DNA of 64,000 nt from Felis catus (GCF_018350175.1 NC_058368.1:150538001-150602000); one strand, 5' to 3'. Positions 38,000 to 51,772 are shown, numbered from the stretch's first letter. Made by a program: numbers and translations. The notes: generated from the sequence alone by a model not told the origin.

Positions 38000-39900
38000 A
38001 TTGAGCAACCATAATATTTTCTCTTGTACAGCCTTTTGTTTTTCCTGGAGTTTCCTATTGCCTTCTTTCCTTGAATTCTCTGCCTTTGTTGCTTCCGTAA
38101 GTTTTGACGGTATCAACCTTTGAAATCTATTTGTCTAAAACCTCCCCCCATGAGCTTTTTCCTTTTCTGCTTCAATCTTGACAGATTTCTCTTCAAGGTG
38201 TGTCTACAACTGATAGGCTGAGACATGCCTCCATTACTTTCCTGGGTTGTAGACAATATTTTCTGCATGGAACTCATATTCTTTTTTGTGTCACTTTCCC
38301 TACTTACCCCATTTGGCTCATGTAAACTTTTATACTGGTCACAGAGGAGACAATTTTTCTGAGTCCTTTCTTGTTTAAATAGTACTTATTCAATTGCACA
38401 TATTATTGATAATTTGGCTGGGTAAAGAATTCTAGGTTTAAAATATTTTCCTTCAGAAAATTTAAGACATTGATCCACTATCTTTTGCTATGGCTGATGT
38501 AAAGACTGATTATATCTGATTCTTTTCCTGTTGTAAAAGTTCAAATGCCCCTCCCCACCCAGGAAACATTTAGTCTTCTCTTTATTCTTACTGTTCTGTA
38601 CATGTAAATGATGTATCGAAAGTGGGTCTGCATTTATTCATTGTTCTGAGCATTGAATGAATACTTTCAATCAAATTACTCATGGCCTTCAACCCTAGTT
38701 GCTCTCTTTAGTTGTCTTTTTCTTTTTCTTTTCTTTTAGAGAGAGATTGTGTGTGTAGGTTGGGGGGGGGGAGGTGCAGGGAGAAAGAGAGAGGGTGAGA
38801 GAGAGAGAGAGAGTGCTCAGTGCAGAGCCTGACACATGGCTCAACTGCACAAACCTGGAGCCTACTTTGGATTCTGTATCTCCCTCTCTGCCCTCCCCTG
38901 CTCGCTCTCTCTCAAAAATAAATAAGCATTAAAAAAAAATTTTTTTAAGACTAATTCTTTTACATGTCCATTATATTTTCCATTTATTTTTCCACTTGTT
39001 TTACTTCTTTAGAAATTTACTTAATTTGATTCTTCAATCATTCAATTGTATGTTTAGTATGATAATCATATTTTTAAATGCAAGGAGCACCTACTTCATA
39101 CATAATCTTTTTTTTCCACAGCATTTCATCCTTTTTTTTTTTTTTTTTTTTACTGATGTACTATGCTTTCTAATCTTTCTGTGGTATGGATTAGAACTTT
39201 TAAGGATTTTTTTCTGTTGTTGTTCCTCAACTATTTCCTTCAAGGTTCTGTCATCTCTGTGTCTATTTCTCTTTTTTTTATGACTTTTTTGGGGCCTTTC
39301 TCATTCATAGTGCTGAATCTCCTCAAATGATTAAGATGCTTAGTATCTGTTTATAAATAGGAAATAGTAAAATGGCTGTTTGCTCTCTGAACATGGGTAG
39401 GGTCTTATTTACAGGCAGTTCAATTAATAAAATGTGACTAGGAAGCTGGTCATTTTATTGAAGGACACACACTTGCCATAATTCACAGGTCTTTGTTCTG
39501 GAATATCAATGCCTGCACAAACTTCCCTGGACCCACTTTGACAATTTCTCTAGAGAAGGCCTTTCATTATGTTGGAAAATGATACAATTGTCTATACTCT
39601 ATACACTGGAGTGGGGCACTGAGAGTTTCACATATAATCAACTAAATGCCTGTTTTTAGTCACACATCTTACCCCCATCCTCTTTCACACCTACTTCTGA
39701 GTCTTCCAGGGTTCTACAGAGCAGTCTGGATCCCTCTCTGCTTGTAGTCACCTCTGCATATACTCTGGGTTGTGACTGCTTCCTACCTGGCTCATTAGTT
39801 GCCTCTCCTCCATCTATTTTTCAACTTCCAGAACTTTTACAAAATCTCTCTTTTGTAGTTAGATTCTCCTTATGTTCTTTTATGTTATTTAAAGATGGTT
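38000..39900 (-). mobile_element. Very old L1M fragments (approximate bounds)
   Basis: T-rich; tgataatttggctgggtaaagaattctaggtt...ttttccttcagaaaatttaagacattgatccactatctt is typical antisense L1M sequence. Confidence 0.6.
38718..38940. mobile_element. Fused pair of headless CanSINE halves in opposite orientation
   Basis: Antisense half to ~38854 joined directly to sense half ctggagcctactttggattctgtatctccc...aaaaataaataagcattaaaa. Confidence 0.8.
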
Positions 39901-40226
39901 TTCTATAACTTATTAATGTTTTAGGGTCAGACTGCCATGTTGAATCAGAAGCTTATGTTTAAAAAAATTTAAAAACCTTTTTATATTGTTCATACTTTAC
40001 TTATTTCATACATCTGACTTATTGCTTTTTATTGGCATTTTGTAATCAATCATGAACCTGAGTTTAATTGACAGTATAAATTAGATAGTTGCTAGGAAGG
40101 CACTATCTTTGATGATTTGAATGACCAAACATAACTCTTTCTTTTGCAAGTGTTTCAAATTGTGAAATGGATTTAAAATGTTTATTTCCAGGGGGTCCTA
40201 TGTTAGTGTTAACAGCAATCTTGGAT

Positions 40227-40417
40227 TTTTTTTTAAGTTTATTTATTTATTTTGAGAGACAGAGACAGCATGAGTGGGGGAACAGCAGAGAGAGAGAGTA
40301 TCCCAAGTAGGCTCCATGCTGCCAGCACAGAGCCTGATGAGGGGCTCAAACTCACAAACTATAAAATCATGATCTCAGTTGATACCAAGAGTTGGACCTG
40401 AGCTACTCAGGTGCCCC
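40227..40417 (-). mobile_element. CanSINE
   Basis: TSD caatcttggatttttt on both sides. Confidence 0.94.
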
Positions 40418-41243
40418 AAGACAATCTTGGATTTTTTGATATTTATTTATACCACATATTTTTTCAAAAGCTACTTCAATAAAGTAGAAAATCCTATTTG
40501 TAGCAAAAGCATACACACCAACAGTTGGCATTCCATTAGTTGTAAGTTTGCTTACCAACACAGATCTTTCCTCAAAAGTACCTTCAGTATCATCACAGTG
40601 GTCACAGCGTTGAACTTAATACTGTAAATGATACACCTTCTTTGACCCTCATTTATCTATTCATCCTACAGTTCATCTCCAAAGGGTCTGTGGCCAGGTC
40701 TTTCACCACTGTACCTCCAGTGCCTAGCACAGCTCTTGCACCTTGTGGTCAGTTGATAAACATGCACTGAGTAAACACTGAATGAACTGTGTCCAAACAG
40801 GGTTCTGAAACTGACAATCAGGTTTGGGAAATTAGATGTAGTAAGATGTATTAGGAATAAGAGTCTGCAGTGTGTGATAAATGTCGCAGGGGTCACCTGT
40901 GCAAGTGCTATAATAGACATTTAAAGGAGGGAAAGATTGCTTTAAGCCAGGATGATTATAATATCCAGCGGAAAATGAGGAATAGGATTTTGATAGGGAG
41001 AAATGAGAAGGGCAGAGCTTTCCAGGGCATTAAAGGGTTTAAGTCAAAATAATATCCAGCTTATAAAATGTTTGTACTCATTCAATGTATTTAACTTAAA
41101 AACAAAGCCTGACTTACAGAATGAAAAAGTAACAGTTTCATAAGCACTGAAGGCAAATCAGGCTTTGTTTCTTACACCAACTGTATACCGATAATGAATG
41201 GATATTTAGATATTATCATCTTGGTATACAAAACCACATTCTT

Positions 41244-41450
41244 GGGGCGCCTGGGTGGCGCAGTCGGTTAAGCGTCCGACTTCAGCCAGGTCACAATCTC
41301 GCGGTCCGTGAGTTCGAGCCCCGCGTCAGGCTCTGGGCTGATGGCTCAGAGCCTGGAGCCTGTTTCCGATTCTGTGTCTCCCTCTCTCTCTGCCCCTCCC
41401 CCGTTCATGCTCTCTCTCTGTCCCAAAAATAAATAAACGTTGAAAAAAAA
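41244..41450 (+). mobile_element. Young felid CanSINE
   Basis: Near-consensus ggggcgcctgggtggcgcagtcggttaagcgtccgacttcagccagg...; flanked by duplicated ccacattctt. Confidence 0.98.
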
Positions 41451-41489
41451 AAAACCCACATTCTTTTTTTAAAAATTTTTTTAGTTTAT

Positions 41490-42117
41490 TATTATTATGC
41501 TTAATTTTATTTTATTTTAACTTACATCCAAATTAGTCAGCATATAGTGAAACAATGATTTCAGGAGTAGATTCCTTAGTGCCCCTTACCCATTTACCCC
41601 ATCCCCCCACCCACAACCTCCAGCCACCCTGTTTGTTCTCCATATTTATGAGTCTCTTTTGTTTTGTCCCCCTCCCTGTTTTTATATTTTTGTTTCCCTT
41701 CCCTTATGTTCATCTGTTTTGTCTCTTAAAGTTCTTATATGACTGAAGTCATGATTTTTGTCTTTCTCTAATTTCACTTAGCATAATACCCTCCAGTTCC
41801 ATCCATGTAGTTGCAAATGGCAAGATTTCATTCTTTTTGATTGCCAAGTAATACTCCATTGTATATATATATACACCACATCTTCTTTATCCATTCATCC
41901 ATCGATGGACATTTGGGCTCTTTCCATACTTTGGCTATTGTTAGTGCTGCTGTAAACATGGGGGTGCATGTGTCCCTTCAAAACAGCACACCTGTATCCC
42001 TTGGATAAATGCCTAGTAGTGCAATTGCTGGGTCTAGGGTAGTTCTATTTTTAGTTTTGTTTTTTTTTTGGAACTTCATACTGTTTTCCAGAGTGGCTGC
42101 ACCAACTTGCATTCCCA
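41490..42117 (-). mobile_element. 5'-truncated carnivore/felid L1 3' end
   Basis: ttcacttagcataataccctccagttccatccatgtagttgcaaatggcaagatttcattc...ctgttttccagagtggctgcaccaacttgcattccca (antisense ORF2 end and 3'UTR). Confidence 0.93.
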
Positions 42118-42341
42118 TGTTTGTTTTTTAATGTTTATTTTTGAGAGAGAGGGAGAGACAGAGACGGAGACAGAGCATGAGTGGGCAAGGCATAGAGAGA
42201 GAGGGAGCCACAGAATCTGAAGCAGGCTCCAGGCTCTGAGTTGTCAGCACAGAGACTGATGTGGGGCTCAAACCCGGAAACTGAGAGATCATGACTTGAG
42301 CTGAAGTCAGACGCTTAACCAACTGAGTCACCCAAGAGCCC
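42118..42341 (-). mobile_element. CanSINE hosting the L1 in its tail
   Basis: 17 bp TSD tacaaaaccacattctt at 41227-41243 and 42342-42358. Confidence 0.93.
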
Positions 42342-42385
42342 TACAAAACCACATTCTTGAGCCAACATTAAAGAGTTTCACACCA

Positions 42386-42617
42386 GGTGTCCAGGGTGGT
42401 TCAGTTGGTTAAGTGTTCCACTCTTGATTTAGTTCAGGTCATGATCTGTTTATGGGTTCGAGCCCCATGTCAGGCTCTGCCCTGTCAGCGTGGAGCCTGC
42501 TTGGGGTTCTCTCTCTCCTTCTCTCTCCCTGCCCTTCCCCCGCTTGTGCTCACTCTCTCAAAAATAAATTAAAAAAACAAGCAAAAACCCAAAAAGCATG
42601 CATTACAGAAAAAAAAA
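42386..42617 (+). mobile_element. CanSINE
   Basis: Sense body; TSD aaagagtttca on both sides. Confidence 0.93.
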
Positions 42618-45600
42618 AAAGAGTTTCATGCCATATCTTCTTGGCTTTGGAGCTGAATTAAAATATAAAACTAATTCACTATGCAAATGTCCCTTACTTG
42701 GGTTGATTGTCGCCTAGTTAATAAGAATAAATATCTTTCATTCTTGATTATGTTACTAAGTTTTGGCAATTTCCATCTGCAGTTCTTAGATCTTCTTGAT
42801 GAAAACAGAATGTCTGAATATTTTAATGTTCTGTTTACAAATATCCAGGCGCTCACACTTTAATCAAATAAACCACAAAGTGGATCAGGTAGACCTAAAT
42901 GAATTTGGCTGAAATTCCCCAGCAGAGCACAAATAGGGACAGACAGGTTCTGACACTAAGGGTAGGCTGGGGCACATCCTTGGAAGAGTTTTATCTGGGG
43001 CACCCTCTAAACAGAGTTGGGAGTCGTCATCAATTCCAATTTTCCTGATAAGAGAAAACAATACCTCAAAAAAGACAATGATACCCATGACTATTTAGAG
43101 AAAAAAATGTAATTGAGTAAAGAAAAGGAGGAAATAATGATAACAGACGATAAAATGGTAATAATAGTCAAACACTCTAAGTTCTTTACATGTATTAGGT
43201 CACTTAGGAGAAAAGAGAAGAAGGAAGGTGGGGGAATAAGCTTATTTTTCTAGAAAGTTCTGATCTTAAAATGACATACAATTTTTCCACTGTGGTCCTT
43301 GAGGAAGTATGATGAATTGGAACCTCTACCTTAACATACTGTGGCTCTGACATCTTGGATCTTGTCAGAAATCAGTTTTGCTTCATTATTTTAGTTGATA
43401 AAAGAGGGATTCACAGAGGTACTCACTGGAAATACCACCAAGACAGCCAGATAAGGAGAAATGCTTAGTGCCTTTAAATTTGGGGATGATGGGCACTCAA
43501 ATGAACTATTTAAATCTCAATGCAAATTCTAGATTTCTCATGCATAAAAACTAGAGTATCATGTTGTTTTTAAAATTTATTTATAAGCTATATTCTAACA
43601 AGTCCTCTTCTAAAAGGACACATCATGCTTTTAAATAGGAATGATCTAAAGCACAGTGCTAAAAACACACTGGTTAGAAAGGAGTCTTGCAAACGTGGCT
43701 TCTAACCTCATCTCTGGCAAGAATCATCTGTGTGTGAGGTAACAAAATAGACCATGGTTTTCTGGACACCTAATGTTGCCAGAAACTCACAAACTAGAGA
43801 CCTGCTGAATGCCACCACCACCTACAGCCCACCAACGCAACTGGTTGTGTCTTTGAACTGACTTTTATGCATTTAGCTTTGTTCTGATTTAAGATTTCCT
43901 TCTCCTTAATGAACTAGCTAAGCTCTACAACTCTAGTTCTAAAGAACTGCAATGTGCCATTTACAGCCAACACATGGGGGAGGCATGTACTATTCAGGAC
44001 ATCTTAGGGGTGTAAATCAATTTTAAAAGGTAGAATTATACATGTGCTTTAGTGGAACCCCACATTACAAATCAATATTTAAAGCACATGGTCATTTTAA
44101 ATTTCAATGACTGTGCCTTATTTTTCTTATTTTACACAAGCAGGACTTACTGGTGCTTTAAAACATGCAAATCAAAGTCCAACAAAATAATGCAAGCTAA
44201 TGGCAAAGCAGAAAGAAATCTTTAAAACCGCTTTTACAAAGTTTTGGCCTCTCTTAAAAGCACCGACTTTTTAAACATTAGTCTCTGTGTGTCTCAAAGG
44301 GACTAAAAGGTCACTTTCTAATTTTGCACTCTCTAAGCCACCTTGCCTACATCTATGCCACTTATTTTCCACTCCCTGTAGGCCTACACCCATCCGGACA
44401 CTAAATCAAGTGACCAAAAGTCTAGTAGTTTTTTAGACCTACAGTCTTTAAATTCTGGTAAAGCCAAATAACAACAGAAGGCTGCTTTGGAGTTAGCAGC
44501 ATTGCTAAAACCACACCCACGTGTGAGCACTGCTTTTGTGGCGCGCAGGTCTCCAGAACAGAAGGAGAGCTGTCTCTGGGCAGGAACACAGAGCCCCTGC
44601 GTGTAAAGGAGCAACACCTGGAAAGATTATGAGAGAGTCTGCAGACTGTGCACAGTACTAAAAGCTCGGCTGAATCCTTCCACTGCTGCTCTAGTCAGTA
44701 ACAAATTGAAGCACTTTATAAAATTTGTAGCTCTTCAATAATTTTGAATCATTTTAAAGTGCTCATGCTCCAAACCATAACGTCTTTCTTAACCACTGCA
44801 AACGTATGAAAGGCGCATCATCAAAATGACGGTAATCAACTCCTTCAATTTGAGGTGTGAAATTGTTCTGTGTTTTTTCTCCTTGTTTGTTGTTCACCAA
44901 ATACAAAAAAAAAAAAAAAAAAAAAAAAAAGAAATGGTCATAAGGACACAGTGTGCAAAATCTTCATTTTTCAAAAGCACCAAGTGATCAAAATCCTAAA
45001 AAAATTCTCAGATGAAGAAATATTTTAGATAAGATACCCCAGGGTAGGTGTGTATGTTACATCTGTCCAGGATCCTAAATGAACTGAAAGAAGCCACTCA
45101 TAGGTATAAAAATTGCTGATGCAAGTCTTTGGAAATGCCCTTGAAATAATATGTACCAGGTTCCCAAGAAAAGGAAGGGAAGGGAAGGCAAAGGAGGAGA
45201 ACTATGTACTTTACAGTGTGTGAGTTTCCTTTTGAGTTAAAATAAATTTCCTATGGCTTAAACTATTAACTGAAGAGCAATGAAATATTGTCATGTTGAC
45301 ACAATTTTCTAATCTGCTTTTTTTCTTTAAATTACTGAAGCAATCCCATTCAGATTAGGTCCTTTCAGGTAATGAATATCAACCCTGGTTCAAACTTGTT
45401 TACAACCAAACCAAATAAAACTACACATTAGGTTCTAAATAGAGGTATTCAATGATGTAATGATATCTCTCATTTCCTGGGATGGCTGGAAATTATCTCA
45501 GAAATCTCTGTCCAGTTTTAGTACAACTCAAATTTAGTTCACTTGAAAGCATTCATAAAAATGAATATATCCTTATAAATTTGAGGCTGGGTGACACACA

Positions 45601-45948
45601 ACTCTTCTCACAGCCCTAGCTCACCTTAGTTGGTAGAACCAGTCAACACATCCCCACCTAACTGCAAAAGAACTGAGTGTTATGAGGGAACATACACATA
45701 TTTGGTAAGCAGTAAATATCTTTCTCATGGGTTCTACCCAAAACAGAGCAGTGCACCCCACTAAGTTTTAAAGTCCTATCATGTATTCATACAAAGCTTA
45801 CTCTCAAGTCTAAAGTAATTTTTCAAGCATAGCATGAGTTGAAACTTATTTATTTCCCCTTCCTATATTTGATGGTGGAACTAGGAGATTTTTTCTCCTC
45901 TAAACTCAGGGCAGAACAGGGCACAAGGAAACTCTTATGGAGTCCCAT

Positions 45949-46330
45949 TGTGCAGTGGACTGAATGTTTGTCCCCATGAAATTCCTATGTTGAAATCCCA
46001 AACTCCAACATGATAATATCAGAAGGTGGGGCCATTAGGAGATTAAGTCAGAGATGGGATGAAGCCCGCCTAAATGGATTTGTGCCCTTTTAAAAGAGAC
46101 CCCAGAGATCTCCCCCTGCCCCTCTTTCCATCACAAGAGGGCGCAGTCAGAAGATAGCTATCGGCAACCGAAAAGAGGGCCCTCACTGAGGGCCATCATC
46201 AGAGCTCAACCAGGCTGGCACTCTGACCTTAAACTTTTAGCCTCTAGAAGGATGAGGAATAAATTTCTGTTGTTTATATATAAGTCACCTACTCATGATA
46301 TTGTTATAGCAGCCTAAAAGGACTGAGACA
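45949..46330 (+). mobile_element. MaLR solo LTR (MLT1A-like)
   Basis: tggactgaatgtttgtcccc...aaattcctatgttgaaatcc...aataaatttctgttgttta...ttgttatagcagcctaaaaggactgagaca. Confidence 0.88.
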
Positions 46331-47679
46331 CAGAGGGAAAGAAACAACTCTAGCTGAAGACTGTGCTATCTTCCCAGTGCAGGTAGGCCGCTGTACAAAC
46401 CACCAGTGAAGGAGGATGGACCTGTTCTTGTAGCCTGTTGGCCTGGAGAAAATGTGGCCCTTCCTTGTCCATCAGGGAGAGACAGCACTGAATCCCTCTC
46501 TGTTTACGAGCCTGCTGAGTATAGCCCTGACTGTTAGCTAGAAGCTAACTTGCCTAAGCCCAAACAATCTACCATTCCTATGAAAACATATAGCTAAAAA
46601 GCTAATAACACACATTTCATATATGGCATTGGGGCCTTAATTTAAATACTGATAGTCCAATTGCTTCAGACAGCTTTGTATTTAAGGCTTACATACTTCA
46701 ATTAATTCAAGGGACATTTCAATGACAGAAGAAAGTCTCCTTACAAAGCAGCATTTGGTTTTGGGTCTCAGTACCCAAAATAGGATCAACAGGGGACATT
46801 TACCAAGTCAAAAATTTGTGTAATTTTTCTTGATCAAAAAGAAAGCATTGATTTTACAAGGCTAACCCACTCGATGGAGAATAGAGTGAGGTAGTCAAAC
46901 TGTTCTCTGTGAGTTTCTATGTGAATTAGCGTGAACCTAAGAATGTATCAGAAAACAACTATTAAACAAACTGCTAAGAGCTCCAGGGGTTCTCAACTAG
47001 GGGAAGGTGGCCTTCCTACAAGGCAGCTGGAAATGTGTAAAAGTGCTTTGTTTTTGCTTTTTAGTTATCCCATTTTTAAGTGGGGGGCCTCAGGTGGCAA
47101 TAGTGAATGTAGAGTGAGGGATACAAAATACCTTGGTGTATGTGACAATCCTAAAATAAAGCATTTCTTTCCTGCCAAAAAGACCAAGTGAGAAATACTG
47201 AGCTAAACAAATACAAAAAAAACTTACGATAAAGGTAAAAAAGCATTGACTCTTTATATTCCTCTTCCAATGAGGCAGAGCCCTCCCTATCGTACACCCA
47301 GAGAAATGCAGATTAGCCTTGGAAAGGAGATAAAACACATCAAGAGCCTGAACTTGAAACACAGGTGAGTAACATGTCAAGTGCGTTTTTATTCAGACAT
47401 TTAAAAGGTACTCTTTGATCCCCTCCCCTTCCTGAACCATGCTGAACTTAAAGGCTTTAGGTGGCCATCCATGGTGGGGAAGGTGGCACTGCTATGGTTA
47501 TCAACAAACGTAGATGGAATGTGAAAATAAACATCACTGTCAATGAGTGTCTGCATGTTCACACAAGTGTGTGTGCGTGTGTACGTGCACTTACACTCCT
47601 CTATCCCATGGCTCTGTTCTCTGAGAAAGTCTGGGAACAAGAACGATCCAACAGCCATATACACCTGAATGCTAAATTC

Positions 47680-48820
47680 ATGGTTTCTAAATACCATTCT
47701 TCACTACAAGAAACTCAAGTTTCTTAGAGAAATAATTGATTCCAGAAGAGGGAAAGTGCAAGATGAGTCTGGAATGCCTGGCTGTGCCAGAAAGTAAGGA
47801 AGATCTCAGAGAACAATGGAGACATGTTCAAAGGTCATAAAAGCCAGCTTGAAGGAACTTGCACTGGCAGTGGGACAATGTGAGCATCAAAATAAATGAT
47901 GATAGTAACAGGGGCACCTGGGTGGCTCAGTCAGTTGAGTGTCAGACTCTTGACTTTGGCTCAGGTCATGATCTCACAGTTTGGTTGGTGGGTTCGAGCC
48001 CCACATCAGGCTTTGCACTGACAGTGCAGAACCTGCTTGAGATTCTCTCTTTCTGCCCCTCCCCAACGTGTGCACACACGATCTCTCTCTCTTTTTCTCT
48101 CAAAATAAACTTTAAAAAATGATAGTAACAGATAATGACTCATTAATAAACAGTAGTCCATATGATTTAAATGAATTCTAAGTTTGGTGAGGACCAAGAT
48201 ACTTACGTTTTTTCAAAGTACCTCTCCACAAAATACTTATTACAAAGGGTAAGAAGACATCTTTATAGTGGCAGACACCCCCTTAACCAAGGGGCTAAAG
48301 TGAACATCATCAACTGTGTGCCAGCCAATAGGCTACAATGAGAAAAGCAAGACATCACTTCTGTGATAATTCTAAAGTTGAATAACCTGAATTTACTCAT
48401 AAAGGAGCATCAGAGAAATCCAAACTAAGGGTCATCCTATAAAATAACTGGCCTAAAATCTTCAAAATGGTTAAGGCCATGAAAACCAAGATAAGATTAA
48501 AAAACTACTTCAGACTGAAGGGCCTAACAGCTAAATTCAGGGAGTCAAATTCTAGATTACATAAAGGATATTACTGAGAAAATTGGCAAAACCTGACTAT
48601 GGTTTAAAAGTTAGATGGAAGTCGTATCAATATCAAATTTCTGGTTTTGCTGGTTGTACTGTGATTATACAGAAGAATGTCTTTGGCAAGAAAACACTAT
48701 AGGATTGGGGATAGAAAAGGCATTTTGTGAGCAACTTACTATCAAATAGTTGAGCAAATTTAAAAAGTCCTTTGTATTATCCTTGAAACTTTGGTGTAAA
48801 TTTAAGACAGTTTCAAAATA
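47680..48820 (+). mobile_element. L1MC-like 3' fragment interrupted by a CanSINE
   Basis: tttctaaataccattct...ccagaaagtaaggaag...gacatcacttctgtgata...aaaataactggcct...ctttgtattatccttgaaactt. Confidence 0.8.
47911..48117 (+). mobile_element. CanSINE
   Basis: Sense body; TSD atgatagtaaca. Confidence 0.96.
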
Positions 48821-50885
48821 ACTAAAGTAATAATAATCATCTTTTTTAAGGGCTTGTTATAAATCAGGCTGTTTACTAAGTCCTAGAGACAAAGTAGTAG
48901 GAAAAACTCAACTCCTGCCACCTGGTGCTTATAGTCTGGCAGAGAAAACAGAGTTGAACAAGTTAAGTATTAAGGGCAAGAGAGGAAGCTGTTCAACTGC
49001 AGAAATTGAAGAAAGCCCCCGCCCTCCAGCCCTGCCAAGGTGATCTTTACGCTAAGTATATAATGATGCATACAGTTGTGTTGGGTGATGGGTGAATGAG
49101 GGTGTGTGAGTCTGTGTGCTGTGGGACATAGCGATTTTGGACTTTGGCAATAGGATATCACTGGTATGATTTAGCTGTGTAAAAACTACACATGCAAAGG
49201 AACTGATTATTTATGATATCCACTATCAATGCAGATACCAAGTTAAAGCTCCTCGACAAATGATTACAATGAATTGGGATGTCATTATTGCTAAAATTTG
49301 TAAAGAGATTGAATTTTGAAAGAAAAATATGTTATAACATCTTGATTTTAAGTAGCTCGTTCCTCAAAAAAAAGTTAACATATTTTCATTTATTAGTCAA
49401 TTTTTGAGACATAGTGTTAAAAAGAAATGGTTTCCCACTACTACTTTACACTTGGGGAAACTGAGGCAAATGACTTGCACAGAAATCGCATAATTTTTCA
49501 GGTGGTAGGGCCAGGACTACATTATTAATTTTTAAACTCTCACTCCAATGCTTTTGAAAATTACCGCATTGAAAAAAAGAGGAAAATGTTTTATATTCTT
49601 TTCATTATAGAAACAGAAATATACTTACAAAGACTAGTACTGAGTACAAATATAGAATTACTTAATCTAATCAGTGTCAACTTGATCATTTTCCTCACTA
49701 TAACCTATTTCCCTTCTGTCCCAGCTGTTTTACTTTTTGGTGACTATTCTACTTTGGGAGAATTTCAAACCTTTTTCTTTGCAATTCATTCTCAAACATA
49801 AATGAGATCCTACTTCAATGACACTTAATCTTTTTAGTCACAAATCTCTTTGAGAATTTGATGAAAGTTATGAACCACTCTCTCCTCAAAGTGTTCACAC
49901 AGAGAAATATTTGAATGAAATTTTGAGTTTGTGGAGCTGAAATTTTAAGATTTACTTTCCTTTTTCAAGGCCATTTGTGTACCCCAGATTATGAACCCCT
50001 GGCCTATGTGTCAGTTACTGATTTATTTTTATTTTTATGACAACCCTGAATACCCTGGAGGGTTGCTGTTATCTTCAAAATACAGCAGAAGGAACTAGGC
50101 CATATCAAGTAGTATAAAGTAGGATTTGAATCCAGGTCTTTCCCTGCATCTTCCACTTACATATTCTTACCTACAAAATAGTGCTTAAAACTCACCCAAC
50201 TAAATCTAGAGTCCTACATTCAGCCTTTATCCGCCCAATCAGCTTCCTCCACATGCCAAATCTTTTGACCATTTTCCCACTCACCTGAGAAAAATCAAGT
50301 CTACCAAAGCTGCCAAACCTCTCAGGAGGTTTAAAGAATTATTATTTTAATAGTTATCCTCTTGCTAAGTGGTCTCTGGAGGCAGCTTCCTAAAAAACAG
50401 TCCAGCTTTTAGGGTCACTGAAAACTTTTTAAAAGTTCCCCAGTGAGGAATGGTTCCTTTGTCCAAAGCTTCTGTTTGTAACTCTACCAGGATAGATAGG
50501 GATGTGGCTGGTCTTGGCTTTCTAAATTCTCAGCCTCCTTCCTCTGGCCTGTTTACCTCTTTGTTGATAATGTATCCTCATCTCTAGAATCAATCGTGTG
50601 CCTTCATTTTCTCGCAGTTAAAAGAAGTAGGAACTATATGGGAGTCAGAGTTTTGGACTAACCGATTACACATAACCGAAACTCAACCAGGTGAAATACT
50701 ACCTCAAATAGGCACGTCCTTTTTAAAGATTTGTATATCTAAATGGGAAATAAAAATTTTACCTTCTCGTACTTACATGCATCAGCAGGCAGATGGACAA
50801 ATTATTGTTGTCACTTGTTTGTTTGATTGATTGGTTATTGGAGCAGAAGGGAGAATGAGCTGAAGTCCTATTAGATGAGTTAAAC

Positions 50886-51080
50886 ATGGGCAGATTCAGG
50901 TTTTGTGGGTTTTGAAGCATAAACAATTTGGGGAACTCTCTTGAAGAAAAATATATAATTATGTATATAGAATTAGGTTAAAAAGTGAATAGCTACTTAC
51001 AATGAAAAAAATCACATCACAATTATTCTAACATTGAAAATAACAACTATGTCACAAAATACAGTGAAACAACATATTCG
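50886..51080. mobile_element. hAT-type DNA transposon fragment (MER96B-like)
   Basis: ggcagattcaggttttgtgggttttgaagcataaacaatttggggaactctcttgaagaaaaa resembles that terminus. Confidence 0.5.
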
Positions 51081-51091
51081 TTGTGTGTTTT

Positions 51092-51260
51092 GTTTTTTTT
51101 TTTAAGTTTATTTATTTTTGAGAAGGACAGAATCCTGTGCAGGTTCTGTGCTGTCAGCGTAGAGCCCGCCATGAGGCTCGAACTCACAAACCATGAGATC
51201 ATGACCCAAGACAAAACCAAGAGTCAGATGCTTAACCAACTAAGCCATGCAGGCATCCCC
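51092..51260 (-). mobile_element. CanSINE (linker deleted)
   Basis: ggctcgaactcacaaaccatgagatcatgacc...aagccatgcaggcatcccc. Confidence 0.9.
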
Positions 51261-51772
51261 AATATATTTTTATTAAATGAGATACTTCTGGCCTGGCATC
51301 TCATGACAGGATGCTGGATGAGTCAGTTAGCACAGTGGAAGTTAGAACTATTCTAGAAGTCAGTCTTTTACTTGGATAGCCAACAATAACCACACATGGA
51401 AGTGACAGAAAACCACATAAATATACCCCACTATTTGAATAACATATATCGGCAATTCAACTTTCCCTTAGCTCGATGTACTTTACACTTCAACACCATC
51501 CAACATCAGGAGCAGCACAACCAGGGATTCGTATGAGTTTGAGTCAGTCACCTTAAACTGTAAATTTTTCAGATAAGGTCAAAATTGAAGAGATCCAGGA
51601 AAACAGCTGATAGAACTTTCTTCATTTTGCCTAGTAGCATATAATGATCTTCATTTGAGATGATAACATGGTCTTTGCCTTGGCACTGAATGTGGAAGGA
51701 TTCTACATTCCAGCCATTAGACCACCTCTCCCCTCTCTGCAGTACAAAACTCATTCCTTCCTCCATTGGGTC

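Noticed and set aside
42671..42863. Overlapping 60 aa ORFs with a minus-strand donor CAA|GTAAGG
   Set aside because: No recognisable protein similarity and no clear acceptor.
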